Positions 50,312 to 64,000 of a stretch of 64,000 nucleotides of DNA are shown one piece after another; position 1 is the stretch's first letter, and the number at the start of each line of letters is the position of its first letter. The DNA is from Squalus acanthias (Eukaryota). A model generated the notes under the pieces. It made no database searches. It saw only the letters and a program-made list of their open reading frames with translations, and was not told the origin of the DNA. The position numbers and the translations under genes were made by a program. The stretch lies in NCBI GenBank assembly GCA_030390025.1, contig CM059435.1, positions 14,570,001 to 14,634,000 of the forward strand. The letters run 5' to 3'.

Positions 50312-51592
50312 CTTCATGAACAGTCAACTATATTTCTCTTTTGCATGTCTACCTTCTAACTAGCATAAATCTTTAGATATCACAGATTTCATGACACATT
50401 CTAATTACCTTGCTGAACAGAGAGTATAAGTCAGATATGCATAGCAGCTTTTTCATGAGCCATTATATCTGTAATGCTATGCTGAACAGTTGTGAAAGGG
50501 CAAGTAGTTGAGAGAACAATGAAGGGATGAATATTACTGGAAGAGGTTTGTGACCATGTGTGTCTTTTCCCCCCAAAAATGCAACAAATGGAAATAAAAT
50601 AATTAGAGAATGTATTAAACCATACACTTGTTAGGGAGTAGCTGTCCGTTAAAATCAATTAACAAGCTTGGCAATTTTAAGTAAAACCGTAGATCTTCCA
50701 TGGTATTACTCATGGTAAAGCATAAGGATAGGAGATTTAACACACAATAAATTATTCTGAAAAGGTGTAGCTACGTTCTTTTAAGGCAACAAAGTCAAAC
50801 TATTGGGAACTGAACACAAGTTCATGTTACTCAGAGATCAATGCAATGTGATGCAAAGCACCAGAGCATATATAGGACACTGTGGCCTCAGACTGACTCC
50901 ATTACTGATGCATACTGTGCATGTCTACATGATCAGGCAGCACATAGCATGCTAGGGGCTTGCACACAGACGATGCAAAAGGCTCATTAAGGTGCTGTTT
51001 TTTTTAGCTTAAATAAAAGTCCTTCCCATAATGTGGCTGAAACACCTGGGCAGCATTACAGACAGTTCGGGGGATTAATCTAAGAAAGTGGAGCCTTCTT
51101 ACTCCTGCTTGGTTCTTTCCCAACAGACCACCTTTTGGTGTTCCATTTAGTTTTGCTTGTACGCCAAAGACTAGCTCTTGAAATAAATTGTTGTTCCTCA
51201 GATCATTTTTGGCCCCAAAAGTACTGCAGCTCTCAGGACAGCTGTAACAAAGCCTGGTGAGTGACATCTGGCACACAATATATGGTTTATAAAGTATTTT
51301 AGATATAGGGGCCCTGAATTTCCACAGGATCCTCAGAGAAACAGCCATTTATGCTGTTTTTTCTAGGGTTACCGCTATCTCCCACTGAAGTTCCAGCATG
51401 AGATTGGGACAACCGTCACAGAATTTCAGGGTCAGTTTATTTAACTTTTTAAAAAAAAGCTATCATTCAATGAATCATGCCTGTAAATTTAACAAAATGT
51501 TGAGCGTGTTTTTGGTTTAGAAGATTAAATCGTGAAATGGAGGATTCAGGAAAGGAGAAAAAGTAATGAGATTTCCAGGTTTTGACACTAAC

Positions 51593-51753
51593 CCTTGTTG
51601 TATTCCTTTTTTGAAGGTTTGTTCTTGGTATTAGCTACTTTCTTTCTGGGGATCTGATTCTGAGTGTGCTCCCTCCACTTCTTCAGCTGGAAGTTAATAA
51701 ACTTCCACATCATCCATGCTTGTGTTAGACAAATAGCTGCTAAGCAACTGATC
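51593..51753 (-). CDS. TRAM-family gene, penultimate coding exon
   Basis: Acceptor tttatgtttgaacAG, donor G|GTTAGT; 161 nt encoding (R)[53 protein letters not shown]; [20 protein letters not shown] is characteristic of TRAM. Confidence 0.95.
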
Positions 51754-52372
51754 CTGTTCAAACATAAAGGCAACCACAGGTCAGTGAACTACATGATTAT
51801 TCAAACTAGAAACTTGCACAAAAACAAATGTAATCTAGAAGGCAGTGCCATAGGCTTGTTATATCACAAATTATATTAAGTATCTTTGTACTGCTTCAGC
51901 ACGGAGTCATCTGGAAATACAATTTCAGCAGAGCACCTTTTAATTTAAAACTAAATCCCCGTGTGCTGCGTTGGTTGTGAAACGTATTGTGCGATGGAGT
52001 GGAGGCCAGTCACAATTCCCCACATAGTGACTTCCTAATTGCCATGGCAATTGAGAACAGAAATGCAATGTAATGTTTCTCTGCAGGGAAGAAGTAAAAT
52101 TCAGACAGCCATCATACATCTCTTGGTGGCCAGTTACAGACCAGCATTTGCTGAGGCTTAGGAGTCAGCCAACTGCCTACTATCTTGACTAGGAGATGGT
52201 GTGTGACAGTGAAATCTAAAGAGAAGGAGGAAATACAATGAAAGTTTTTTCTTCTTTAAAAAAAAAGCAGCTCAGATCTAATGCCATTCATTTTACATTT
52301 GTTTCAGGGAATAGATCCCATATTAAAAACCAAGGCTTAAATCAACACCCCTGAACCTTCATCAAAAAAACC

Positions 52373-52831
52373 CATAAGAATTAAGAGCAAGAGTGGGCCA
52401 TACAGCCCCTCGAGCCTGCTCCGCCATTCAATAAGATCATGGCTGATCTTCAACCTCAACTCAACTTTCCCACCTGATCCTCATATCCCTCGATTCCCCT
52501 AGAGTCCAAAAATCGATCGCTCTCAGTCTTGAATATACTCAACGACTCAGCATCCACAGCCCTTTGGGGCAGAGAATTCGAAAGATTCACAACCCTGAGT
52601 GAAGAAATTCCTCCTCATCTCAGTTTTAAATGGCCGACCCCTTATCCTAAGACTATGCCCCCTAGTTCTAGACTCTCCAGCCAGGGGAAACAATCTCTCA
52701 GCATCAACCCTTTCAATCCCCCTCAGAATCTTATGTTTCAATGAGATCACCTCTTATTCTTCTAAACTCCAGAGAGTATAGGCCCAATCTACTCAATCTC
52801 TCCTCATTAGGACAACCTTCTCATCCCAGGG
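52373..52831 (-). mobile_element. CR1 3' fragment
   Basis: ORF 52547-52750 reads KILRGIERVDAERLFPLAGESRTRGHSLRIRG; another CR1 tail lies at ~54248-54472 (-). Confidence 0.87.
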
Positions 52832-54749
52832 AAAGTGGTACTGACAAAATTACTGCTGCGCTCTGTACGATCTGTTTCACTAAAAAATGATTTGCATTTA
52901 TACGGTGCCTCATTACATTTCTCAGAATTGGTCCAAAAATGCTTTGCATATAGTGATGAATTATTCTGAGATGTAGTTACTACCATTATGTAGACAACAG
53001 CAGTTATTTGTGCACATAGCAAGATCTCACAAACAGTAATGAGACAAATGACCAGTTAGTTGAAGGAGGAATGTTAGCCAGGACACTGGGAAAACTTGTT
53101 CTCTGAATATTTCCATGGATCCATGGATGACGCCTCCAACAGTGCAGCACTCCCTCGGTACTGCAATGGAGTGTCAGCCTAGATTATGTGGCTATTTCCT
53201 GGAGTGGGGTTTGAGTCCACAACTGTGCGACTCAGATGTGAGAAGCTTCCAAATGAGCCAAACTGATACTAGATGACCTCATAAGCAGGGCTGTAAGTTT
53301 TTAAAAGCAGATTGCATTTGTCTGTAGAATCCCTGAAGCTCCATGAAGTCAGGGAAATTTGATGATTCACACAAATGTTTTACATGGACTTTTGTTATGC
53401 AAATCATTGGAGTGGTCATCCCACTTCCACTTCAAGGAGTTTTAAAATACTATGCAGAAAAAGTGCATTCTGTGAACACCCCCCCCCCCCCCCCTCCCCA
53501 CCCCCAGGTAATTATTCTCCCCTATTCTTGCTCATTTTTTGTCTCTGTCTCTCAACTTCTAACTAATACATGAGAAAAAAGAGTTGCTGCAAAGTGAAAC
53601 CTCAAGATCCGTCTGAAGGATGAACTTCATTTTAAAGAAAGAGGAAAAGCTCCTTCCTCCTTTGCTCACCCTCTTCAAACAATAGAACATCAAAGTAGGG
53701 AAAAAGAAGTTTGCAATTCTTCAGATTTAATGTTAATACTAACTTGGACCATGGAATTGAGAAAATGCAAATCTTTGTAAACTGAGAGATTCAAATAATA
53801 ATTCCTGGCAAAAAAGCTATGAGGGCTGCTTTTAGTAGATTACGTGGAGAGTCCAGAAAAACACATTTAATTTTGGCCCATGATAGGGGTAGCTGCATGA
53901 ACAGAATGAGCTTTTATTCTGACTCATAATTCATGACCAGCTAAACTAACATACAAAGACATTCTTTCCATTACCTATCCCACAACATAATGTTCACTCA
54001 TGAGGTGGTCCTGCACAAACAAAATAAGCTTTTAATCAGCTTGGCAATTCATGACAAGTTATGCTTTAACACAAAGAAATAAACTCCAGGATTCATCCTT
54101 TTTAGAAATGGGATTACCAAAAGTTTTATTTCAAAAGCAATAATGAATTAGCTAGACTGGGCATATTTGTGTGGTTCTAACTGTATGACATTAAAAAAAA
54201 AATTAATGTCATAGAATTTATCCAAGATTTCAGAGACCAGATACTTCATAGAATTAACAGTATAGAAACAGGCCATTTGGCCCATGGGGTCTATGCCGGT
54301 GTTTATGCTCCACACGAGCCTCCACGCACCCTACTTCATCTAACCCGATCAACATATCCTTCTATTCCTTTCTCCCTCATGTACTTATCTACCTTCCCCT
54401 TAAATGCATATATACTATTCGCCTCAACTACTTCATGTGGTAGCAAGTTCCACATTCTAACTACTCTCTGGGTTTTCTTTTCTGTTCCCCATGGAAAAGG
54501 AGGAAAAATTCTAGTGGAAGGTCACTTAGGCTGCACTCGCAACAGCTACCAGTTAAAAGTGTAACAGCATGATTTCCTCCAGATTTTTTAAACAAGAAAT
54601 CCTGGGAAAAGTTTCAGATGGGGGTCTAAAACAGTTCTATCAAATGCCAACCATTTTGATAAATCTACTGCCAAGGCATAAAAAAAACCAAGAACAAGTA
54701 GGTTACATAAAGCTCAGGCCGGAATCAAAGATGAATAACAAATCTTTAC

Positions 54750-55400
54750 ATGTTCAAATATTGGTGGATGGTAGTAATATGGTAGTTAGTTTTCTCTACA
54801 TTTAAAAAACAAATTATTATAATACCTTAGCAGATTTGGGACATCATAAAGCATTTTAAAAATGTAGAAAATTGGTGAATAAGGTGTTAACAAAGTGTAA
54901 CAAACAGTTGAAGTTCTAATTGGATAATTATGACCAGCATATTATTCCTGGGAATGGTCTTCATTATTTTTATATACGATCTAGATGAATGCATTAGGCA
55001 ATATGTTGTTTTAAGCTTATGTGGGAAAACAGGATTTTTGAAGTTAAAAGCTAAACTTGCAAAGATCTAAAAGTATTGACAAGACATGGCAGCAGCTGTA
55101 AAGACATAAATTGTTGTGGTTTAAACATAGATCCGTACACTAGAAGCGTAAGGAATTGATACTGACACTATCAAACTTTAATGAGATCACACAGTGTACT
55201 GTGTCCACTACTATACTTACAAAAAGATAGTACAGGAATGGAAAGGATTCAAAGAAGACTTTAGATCATTGAAGGATGCTATGGAAGCTAAACCTATTCG
55301 CACTAAATAAATGAAGATATGGGGTGATGACAAACTTAGTTTAAAATGAACTTATTTGCATTTAAGAGGCAGGCAACCTGTGCAATAACCTTCCACTTAC
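54750..55400 (+). mobile_element. Highly decayed CR1-like RT remnant
   Basis: Traces IFIYDLDE (~54966-54990) and KDSTGMERIQRR (~55223-55258). Confidence 0.4.
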
Positions 55401-56029
55401 AACAACAGGGTATACTCTAGCTAAGGGGAATACGAGACCAGAAGTAATTCCTAGAGTGGGGGTGGGGAAAGGAGAGTCCAAGGGATGAAATGTCCCTGGT
55501 CAGAAGTTTGGGAAAATTGGATTTCTTGGAATCAAGAAAACATCATTCAGGCTAAATTTGCAACTTTTCTGCACAATTAATATATGCTAGCAGATCGCCA
55601 ATGGCAATCCATGTGTGCAATGTCCAGTAGGCTGCGTTACCAATCTCAGCGATGTTATTTTGGAAAGCTCGAGGTCAGACCAGATACTTCCCCACAGTAA
55701 AGGAGGAAATTCTAATGAAAGGTTAACAGTTAGTTACTAAGTGGTGCTGGTGAAGGTCCAGCAGTCACCTTGGCCAGGGGTGATGCAAGACACTGGGGCA
55801 TGAACAAAAGTGAAAAGGAGAAAAATACTTTTTGAAAAAAATTACCAAACATGTAACGAAGCCATATACGCAACACTAAAATGTCAGCAATTCATAACCT
55901 GGGAACCAAAATAACAGTAACCCATACCTTTAATGTTAAAATAACATCGCAAACATATCCTCACTCCAGCAACAATAGGTAGGACTGTTTTTCAAATGTC
56001 AGACTACAAGCGTCACTTCAATGACCCAC

Positions 56030-56173
56030 CTGACAGTCAATGTGTTGAAATTTCCATTTGCTACTGAAAAATCTTGATTCTCCACTCTCGCAAGGCCAAA
56101 GCCAAAAGTGAGGACAGACAGAGTCAGTGTGAGGAGGCGAGCCATTACAAAAAGTAGAGCCCAGAGAGTGAAG
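56030..56173 (-). CDS. TRAM-family gene, coding exon
   Basis: Acceptor ttttttttctccctAG, donor AG|GTGGGT; 144 nt encoding (G)[47 protein letters not shown](R), with the TRAM-typical GFGLARxEN and GNFN motifs. Confidence 0.95.
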
Positions 56174-56359
56174 CTAGGGAGAAAAAAAAAAACATCTTTT
56201 TAGACCAGTTGTTAAACCTTATTGATGAAAATAGTTTACATCATCTTTTTCTGGTACTCATTCAGCACATTGTTATATTAAATATATTCTACAGTTCCAG
56301 TGATCACCAGTTATTTGTAGCATTCTAAATCGAGTGGCACAATGTATTAGTGTACTAAT

Positions 56360-58850
56360 ACGGTAATCTTGTCTCAACTATTGTGTAGCAAAGCATCCCA
56401 TGTTCCAACAACGGTAAATTATTTTTTTCCTAATTTTGTCCTTACTCTCTTAGCGACAATTTTAAACTGATGACAGTTTTTCACCGACTCCACATAACCA
56501 GTGGAAATAGTCTTTTCATATTCACCCTATTAAAACCCATCATAACTTTTAAAATCTGTATTAAAATTGCTCTTAGCATTCTCTGCTCCAGTATCTCATG
56601 TCTCTCCTCATAACTATAGTTCTTCATCCTTGGTATCATCCTGGTGAATCCATGCTGTATGCTCTTTCTGGCTTTGTGTCCTTTCGATAATGGGGCATCC
56701 AAAACTGCAAAGTACTGTTACCCAACCAATGTTTTGAACAAATTTATCATCTCTTTGCTCTTGTACTTTATGCCTCTAATTATAAAATCCAAAATGCTAT
56801 TGGCTTTTTATGGCTTTATCCAACTATACTCATACTTTCAGGGAATTTATATTTGTACCCCCTAGATCTCTCTGTTCATCCACATGCTTCATTTAGTGCA
56901 TATTTCTATTCTTTGTTTTTCCTCCCCAAAATGTATTACCTCACACCTCTCCACATTAAATTTTATGTGCCATGAGGCTGTCTATTCAACTAACCTATGC
57001 TTCTGCAGCTACAGTCTTCCTCACAGTTTTTAAGCCCCCTACTTTTGTGTCATCAACAAATTCTGATAGTGTTCCCTATAGTCTAAGTCCAAATTATATA
57101 CCAAGAATAAAAGTAGATCAAGTACTGACCCCCGCATCCAACAATTCTCCAAACCGAATAATACCCATTGACTCTAACCCTTTGTTTCCTGTCAGTCAAC
57201 CAGCTCATAACTAATTAGGCCAAAATTAAAACAGAAAGTGCTGGAAATACACAGCAGGTCCGTCAACATCTGTAAATCAAAAGGCAGGTTATGACATTAG
57301 TGATGTTAGACAAACTGGTCCATAGTGACCCAGCTTATCGTTCTCTCTCTTCTTGAACAGAGGTGTTACATTGGCTATCTTCCAGTGCACAATTTGTATA
57401 TCTAAGGAGACTTCTGCAATCTTCTCTCCAACTTCCTTCAACAGCAGAGGGTTCATGCCATCAGGATCCAGTGGTTTATCCACCTCGAGTTCTGCCAATT
57501 TTTCCTGAACCAATTCCTTTTATTAGTTATCTTGAACAATTGTTCCACATCCTCCTCTAGTACTCCTACATTCTCACTTCCACTATTATTTATAAAAACT
57601 GACAAAATATTTAATATCTGTCATTCTTCTTCCTCAATTAGATTTTCCCCATTACCTCTGAGCATTTCCACCCTCTCTAACTATTCTTTGACTTTCAATA
57701 TGTTTAGAAAAGTCCATATTATTTCATTTTATATTATCTGCTAGCCTTTTTTCATATTTCCTTTAAATCTCCATTTTTCATCTCACCACTACACTTTCTA
57801 CATCCATCATGCTTTTTTAAAGTATTGCTAGTCCTAGTTTTATCATGTGCTTTCCTCTTAGGTTTCAGTTTAATTTAAATCTTTTTTTTATTCATTGAAT
57901 AATGATGTGATGTGGGCGTCACTGGCAAGGCTGCATTTATTGCCCATCCCTAATTTCCCTTGAGAAGGTGGTGGTGAGCCACCTTCTTGAACCGCTGCAG
58001 TCCATAGAATTCTATCCTGTCATGTACTCCCTTTTTGCCTTGTAGAAATTTATCTATTTTGCACTCAGCCCATCTCACATTTGAAGATCTCCCACTACTT
58101 GTTTGCTAACGTTTCTGCCCAATTAATTTGAGCCAGGTTGCTCCTTATCTCAGGTGAACTTTGCCTTTTTCCAGTTCAGCACTCTTATCTTTAACTCTTC
58201 ATTATCCTTTTCAGTTTTCACATTGAACACAACTATGTCATGGCTACTATTTTGCAATTGTTCTCTTCCTCTCAAATCAGTTACCTGTCCAACTTCATTT
58301 CCCAGAACTAAATCAAGCAATGCTTATTTTCTTGTTGGATAAGCAACATACTAGGAAGCAGTCTTAGATGCATTCTAAAAAGCATTTCCCACCATGACCA
58401 CATACTTTACCTCCGTCTCACTTGGGATAGTTTAAATCACCCAACATATTGCCTTGCTGTTTTTAGATATCTCTCTGAACTGTTTGCAAATCTTCCCCTC
58501 TAAATCATCTCCATTGATTTTAATGGCCTGTAATGTACACCGAGAACTCTAATTTCCTCTCCTATTCCGTAATTCTATCCATGGAGATCCTGGCATATCA
58601 CAATCCCTTGGAAGATCCTTGCATTCTAGCACTGTAATAAAATCCTTTAATAATACTGCCAACCGACCCCCTTTTCCCTCCACCATCTCTCCTGAAAATG
58701 GCATAAACTGGAATATTAAGTTCCTAGTCCTGCCCAAACCTAAGCCATATCTGTTATACCAACAATATCCCGTCTTCATTATTAATTCTCCAATTTTGTT
58801 TTCAATGCTTTGTGCATTCAGATGCATAATACTTGATCCTGACTCCAATT
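56360..58850 (-). mobile_element. Old long CR1 ORF2 remnant with nested small inserts
   Basis: Endonuclease traces HLNAQSIENKIGEL and WIELRNRRG; WKIANVTPLFKK..YGPVCLTS; FTRMIPRMKNYSYEER. Confidence 0.75.
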
Positions 58851-59049
58851 CCTGACTTTTGGCAGGGTGGCTCAAGCTTTTTCTCAGTTTTCTCATTTAA
58901 CTTTATCTCTTGCCCCTTTTACAACAGCGTTTTTATCTCTTAGTACCTCAAAGCCTCTTTCTTCCCCTTTTCTCCTCTGTTAATATTTCCTCACTATTTA
59001 TTTCAACTACACTTTATACTTCTACTCCAACTGTTTTATTACTCCTTCT

Positions 59050-59380
59050 CTAGTGCCAAGCATAGACTTTCCCCACCACCTACATGTAATAAGTTAGGGC
59101 AATCTCACTCACAGTAGCCACTGTTTATGTGGGGAGACTTGACAGGATTTTTGATTACTAGTGACATTAATTGAATGTCCTCATCAGAAGTCCGCACTTA
59201 CATCCAGCATTGTTTGTTGGACAGCAAACAGGAACAAAACTCAAGCAAGTATTCCACTCCCCAACCCAGGGGTGCTGTGGCTAATTATGCCAGTAGTGCT
59301 GCCCTTGCTGAGATCAGCTAACTTGGATTGAAGGTGGGTCCCACTGGCTTTTCCACTTACTGGGTAAATTTGCTGAGTCC
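59050..59380 (-). mobile_element. Old AmnSINE2-like SINE (another at ~59990-60370)
   Basis: Minus strand AGTTAGCTGATCTCAGC..ATAATTAGCCACAGCACCCCTGGGTTGGGGAG. Confidence 0.6.
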
Positions 59381-59496
59381 TGGAGTGAGCCCCTATACGT
59401 ATTATTTTAATGGTGAAAGAGAGAAAAAACACCTGGTTGTACTGCAATACAGTTTGACAATTCATACTCCTAAAAATGTCCACAAAATTACTCTTA

Positions 59497-59619
<123 letters not shown>

Positions 59620-61997
59620 TCACGAACAAAACCAAGCTTAAATAAGGTACAAGAATTCTGTACACTTCTAAATGTCATACTGGACTGTTACTTTTATTCT
59701 CAAGAGAATACCCACCTTGAAGCAGCCACATCCACATAGTGTATTTCATTAAACCAGCTATCACAGGCATCATGAGTCCACTTAAACTTGAAGTTATCAC
59801 AAGCATATTACATGCGGCACAATTTATTTTCAGATTGGACATGGTAAACTTTGGCATTACTGTATTGAAGAAATACTGTGAACGAGGGGGTCAAGGCAGT
59901 GCATTAACTGCTGGCTACTTTCCTGAAGCAATAAAGTAGCTCCTCTGAATACTGTGAAGCAACACCAAGTCAATGGGTTCAATACTGTCATTGCTCTCTC
60001 TGCCCCACCAATTTTCACCCCACTTTCCTAAGGGCATTGAATTCTGCTGAGTAAGGATCCACAGGCTCCCTCTGATACCTTACCAAAATGGTGATCCTTC
60101 ATGTGTAAGCTTGGACAAGTGTTGGCAGACTATTCAACTGTGGAGGACATACAAGCCTAATGTTGTCCTTACCCGACATCAACACGTGGACACTTTCCAG
60201 CAGATGTCACTAGATAGTAAACAGGAGCAAGAACCTTGGCTGATTTTTCCCTGTGTAACCCAGGGGCACTGTGGCTATTGTGAATTGTTTTATTGGTTAC
60301 AGCATACACAAATCACGAGTATTAATTAAATCAAATGTAACTACTGAAGATCAATCTCAGAACTTCTAAGTGCAAAAAAACTGAATTTCCACAGGGGGAC
60401 TTCCGTAGTGCTATACATCAGTGTTCTGCAACATGTAAGGAAAATCCAAGCATTAAATCCCATTTTAGGCTTGAATTCACACTTAGAGACTTTGAGTTGT
60501 CAATCTCAACTAGCTATTCAATCAATAGGATGGATAGGAAAATCAGCATGGGTTCTCCCTTAAGTTGCACCTCAATTCTCCCTACCAGTGATGTCAGCAG
60601 AACCCAGGAACAGGTCAATGGGTGCCTATCATCTCCACTGCAAACACAAATGCTCATAATGGGATACATGTAGGGAGAAAAAAGGGGGAGGGGGATAATA
60701 TGCATGACAAAAAGAAAGTCGTTAAAGTATTTGGGAAAAAAATCCTCACTATTCATTTGATCAATATCAATAACATTACATAAAAAACACAAAAGCTCAT
60801 GTGTCTGTCAACAAGCACTCCTAATGAGTGGATTGTCAGTTCCTAACTTGGTCTATGGCAAAACGTCAAAAGTTGAATTACTTACCATGTGAGGCTCCTA
60901 AGCAAATTCACTGCGTCTGACCAAATAAAGTCAAATTTTGGTCACATTGTCCCAGAAACTAGTTAAGAGAACTTCCTTTACTACATCCCTGCTAACTGAT
61001 TTGGCATTGGGTTTAATGCATCCAAAGCAAAAGATATTATATCATGCAAAAACATTGTACTGTATTCTCGCAACTGAACAAAATGCTTGAAAAAGTTAAT
61101 GGAAAAAAAATTCATTTCCTTAATCCAAGTCGATTAAAAGATCTGTAATATACAACCAATGGATGGATTGCATCAGAGCAACAAGTCAAATTTCTTGTAT
61201 TTTTAAACAGACTCTGAGAAGCAAAAAAAATTGGAGAAAATGTTTCAGTAGTTTAAGTTGGACAAAATGAGTTACCTAAGCAACATCATTATGGCCGAGG
61301 GAAAGCTAAAATATGAAGATCTGCCCTTTAGGTTGCAATATAATCGAACTCCTGTACACTCCAATATAGTACAATGGAATTTCGATTCTTCATGCTCATA
61401 TTATCCACAAGAGTTTTCAGAAGTCAATATTAGCAGGCCCTGTAGCAGGGAGCAACGAGAGGATCACACTGAATAGCTGTTCAGAATGGGCTGACTAGCC
61501 GCTTTTACTGTGTACCACTTCTTTTGAAATCTTTTAGTTAGTTATATTCTCTAGCAGTCAAAAGATTTGAAAAGAAATAGAATGCAAGGAGAACAATGTG
61601 CAAAAGGGAGCAGAGGGTCAGTGGCAGCAGTTAGGAGAGATCACTAGAGGAAAGGGATGCAAGAGGAGTGCACTGATCAACAGGTGGCTCTCCTTACATT
61701 CAGTTTCTTTTCAAAAAAAACTTTTGTGAGCTTGAGAATAACTCAATAAAGATCCGAAAAGATACAGAATGCAAGGAGGGCCATACACAAAGGGCTTCTT
61801 GCACCCCTGAACAGTGGATTAATGTGCTCCTTGTTCAAGGGAATCTCAATGACCCACCATTTTCCATAATACAATGGGGTGAGGGAAGAGAGAAGAGATC
61901 CTTTTTGGGAGATAATCAAAGTTCCACTATACAAAAATAAAGCCAAAATGTGATCTAATTTAAATATAACTGCAGCAGACACATGCTAAAAACTTAC

Positions 61998-62068
61998 TTT
62001 AATATATAGGCACCAGTGATATGGAATATGTAAAGGCAAATGTAGTACAGCTGACGAGCGATATCCTC
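61998..62068 (-). CDS. TRAM-family (TRAM1/TRAM1L1-like, TLC domain) gene, internal coding exon; upstream exons lie beyond the window
   Basis: Acceptor ...atcttacAG, donor AA|GTAAGT; 71 nt encoding EDIARQLYYICLYIFHITGAYIL(N), matching recalled TRAM1 [24 protein letters not shown]. Confidence 0.93.
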
Positions 62069-63249
62069 CTGTAAGATTTAACAATTTGAAACACATGAGG
62101 AACAGAAATTAAGAAGTCAAAAAGACACCATGTGTGCCATGAAGCAGGGATGCAGATTTGCCCCACAACTCCCCAGAGGGTTTGTTCCCAATACCAGTCA
62201 TGTTGTCTGAAGATGATGCCGAGAGGAAACCAGGTGCTTCTCTACAGGGAGTGAGAAGTCAGGAGTATCACTTCAACCACTCTTGTACATCTTGTAGAAA
62301 AGATGAAGAACTGGATTATGAGGGGCTTTGGAGCAGATTGCTCAGCTGTCTGCCCGCCTGCTCTCTTAATTGAGGAATGGCGTGGGAGGACTTCAAGAAA
62401 GGAACGCAAAAATAACATAATTTAGCAGTAAAATAAATGATGCAACAAAAGGAGCCCACACATCATTTCCTTGCATTCAAAACCATTCTATATATACTCT
62501 TCCTTAAAACTGATGAACTTTAAACCACAATTTCAGTCATTATTTAAGATCTATTTATTGTCCTCCGTATTCTAGAAGCATTCACAAAGATCTTCAGATC
62601 AAGTCATGGACAACTCCTCTGAAGTGGAGTAGAGAAAAAGTTCACAAAGCATTACTTCCACCTTTTCGTAGTGGGTGCACTCAGTCAGCAGAATATTTCT
62701 GTTCAATGAATAAAAACATGTGACATGTTTCATTTACCATAAATTCACATGCACAGCATGTATTTGTGGGTTGTAGCTTGCTTATGTACAAAAAAAAAGG
62801 CAAATTTATAAGCAAATTCATTTGAATCCAGTATCTATTGTTTTTGTTGACCAGTTGGGCATCTGGTAGATGTGGAAAATAACCATCATGCTTAAGAGTC
62901 TCCAAACCAAGCTACTGAAAAATCAAAATAGGCAGCTTCAGTTTACTTGACGTGGAGTGCACTCTCGACACAGGGACACATCCCACTTACCCAAATTGAG
63001 AGTTTAGGTGCAAAGGATTAGGGATCCCCAATTGTGCAGAGGAGTTACTACTAGAGTCTAACTAGCTAAATCCACATAGCTTCTCAGCAGAAAGCTCTGG
63101 TAAGCTGCTTGTCCAGCTAGGAGCACTCTACCCACGATAGCATTGGTCTGCAAGGTTATTTGAAGGCAACTGGGAAGATTCACAGCCCCAAGAGACAGGT
63201 CTACCCCTCTAGCTCCAATTACTAAGCCAGGCTATATAGTCAATTATTA

Positions 63250-64000
63250 ACAGTGCCCTTGGAGTACTGCAGACTTGCCTGGCTCAGGTAATGGATTACC
63301 TAATTTCAATGCTATGGGCAGGGTGGAAACGGCATTAAAAAGATTCAAACATGAGTAGTGGAAAACAATGGCTCGTTCAAGGACTTTGGGCAAGACAGGG
63401 AGGTTAAAAACTGGATTGTTGGAGGGAATAGATAGACCAAGGGTGAGCTTTTTGAGGGGGGGTTGATGACCAGCTTTGGAAGCAAGCTGATTAGAAGTAG
63501 CCATTAACAATGTTGGCAAGCATTGGGGCCATCAAAGTTAGTTCAGCAGTCAGTAATATGGTGGGGAGGGGATCAAGGGGCAGTAAGTGGATCTGATAGA
63601 AGAGGTGAGCTTAGAGAGGGCAGGGAGAAGATGGGAAATAAGCTAAGAAATAGAAGGGGGATGGGGTTAAAATAAGTGAGGGGCTGAGAGATGATTAGTT
63701 GGAGTGGGGAGGAAGTGGGAGGTGGCACGTGAGGCATCTGCATGAATCATAATCTTTGAGATGAAGTAATCCACAAGCTCCTTATAGTTGGTGAGTTTGA
63801 AGCGGCATGGGAAACCGGTTTGAGAAGGCAGGTTGTTATAGAGATAAACTGCGAATTGTTCTTGGACCATCAGTATAATCCTGTAGTAGTAGGAGAGTTT
63901 GACCACTGAGGGGGATTTGTGGCGACGCTTGATATGGTGCAGCCAGATTTGGCAGTGGAAGGCAAGACCAGCTGTGCGCCAAATGCGCTGAAGTCTGCAA
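63250..64000 (-). mobile_element. Old L2-clade RT remnant
   Basis: ORF 63247-63519 reads LKKLTLGLSIPSNNPVFNLPVLPKVLERAI, a decayed KKPSLDP..NYRPISNLPFLSKVLE motif. Confidence 0.65.

Noticed and set aside
60879-60900. Isolated strong GTAAGT donors (60879-60885 minus, ~62985 minus, 31820 plus, 46252 plus)
   Set aside because: No matching acceptor or coding frame; such hexamers are expected by chance in 64 kb.
62150-62390. Extra TRAM exon after an acceptor-like tttcttgaAG
   Set aside because: All frames stop early and none resembles TRAM; possibly an old LINE remnant, but this is unsupported.

Overview
Vertebrate genomic DNA, most likely from a cartilaginous fish (shark), inferred from its repeat content: Deu-domain SINEs, CR1, L2, Penelope-type terminal repeats and AmnSINE2-like elements. 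The right half holds the last five coding exons of a minus-strand TRAM-family gene (TLC-domain ER membrane protein): 62068-61998, 59602-59498, 56173-56030, 51753-51593 and 48761-48688. All introns are GT-AG and phase-consistent, and the protein ends in a KxKxx ER-retrieval signal. Downstream on the same strand is a CpG-island promoter (~34.1-34.9 kb) with ZNF143, NRF1-like, YY1, GC and CCAAT motifs. It is followed by a short non-coding first exon carrying a 22-codon uORF and then more than 34 kb of apparent intron; synteny and recalled 5' UTR similarity suggest NCOA3 (inference). The rest is dense, nested transposon debris. The most unusual items are short Penelope-type repeats carrying a minimal hammerhead-ribozyme core (one inserted alone with a 13-bp target-site duplication, TSD), a tRNA-headed SINE built from the two ends of an ORF1-less LINE also present here, a templated RTE-into-L2 insertion, and a two-gene Harbinger fossil. 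No CRISPR, rRNA or true tRNA genes were seen. All calls are by eye and repeat boundaries are approximate.
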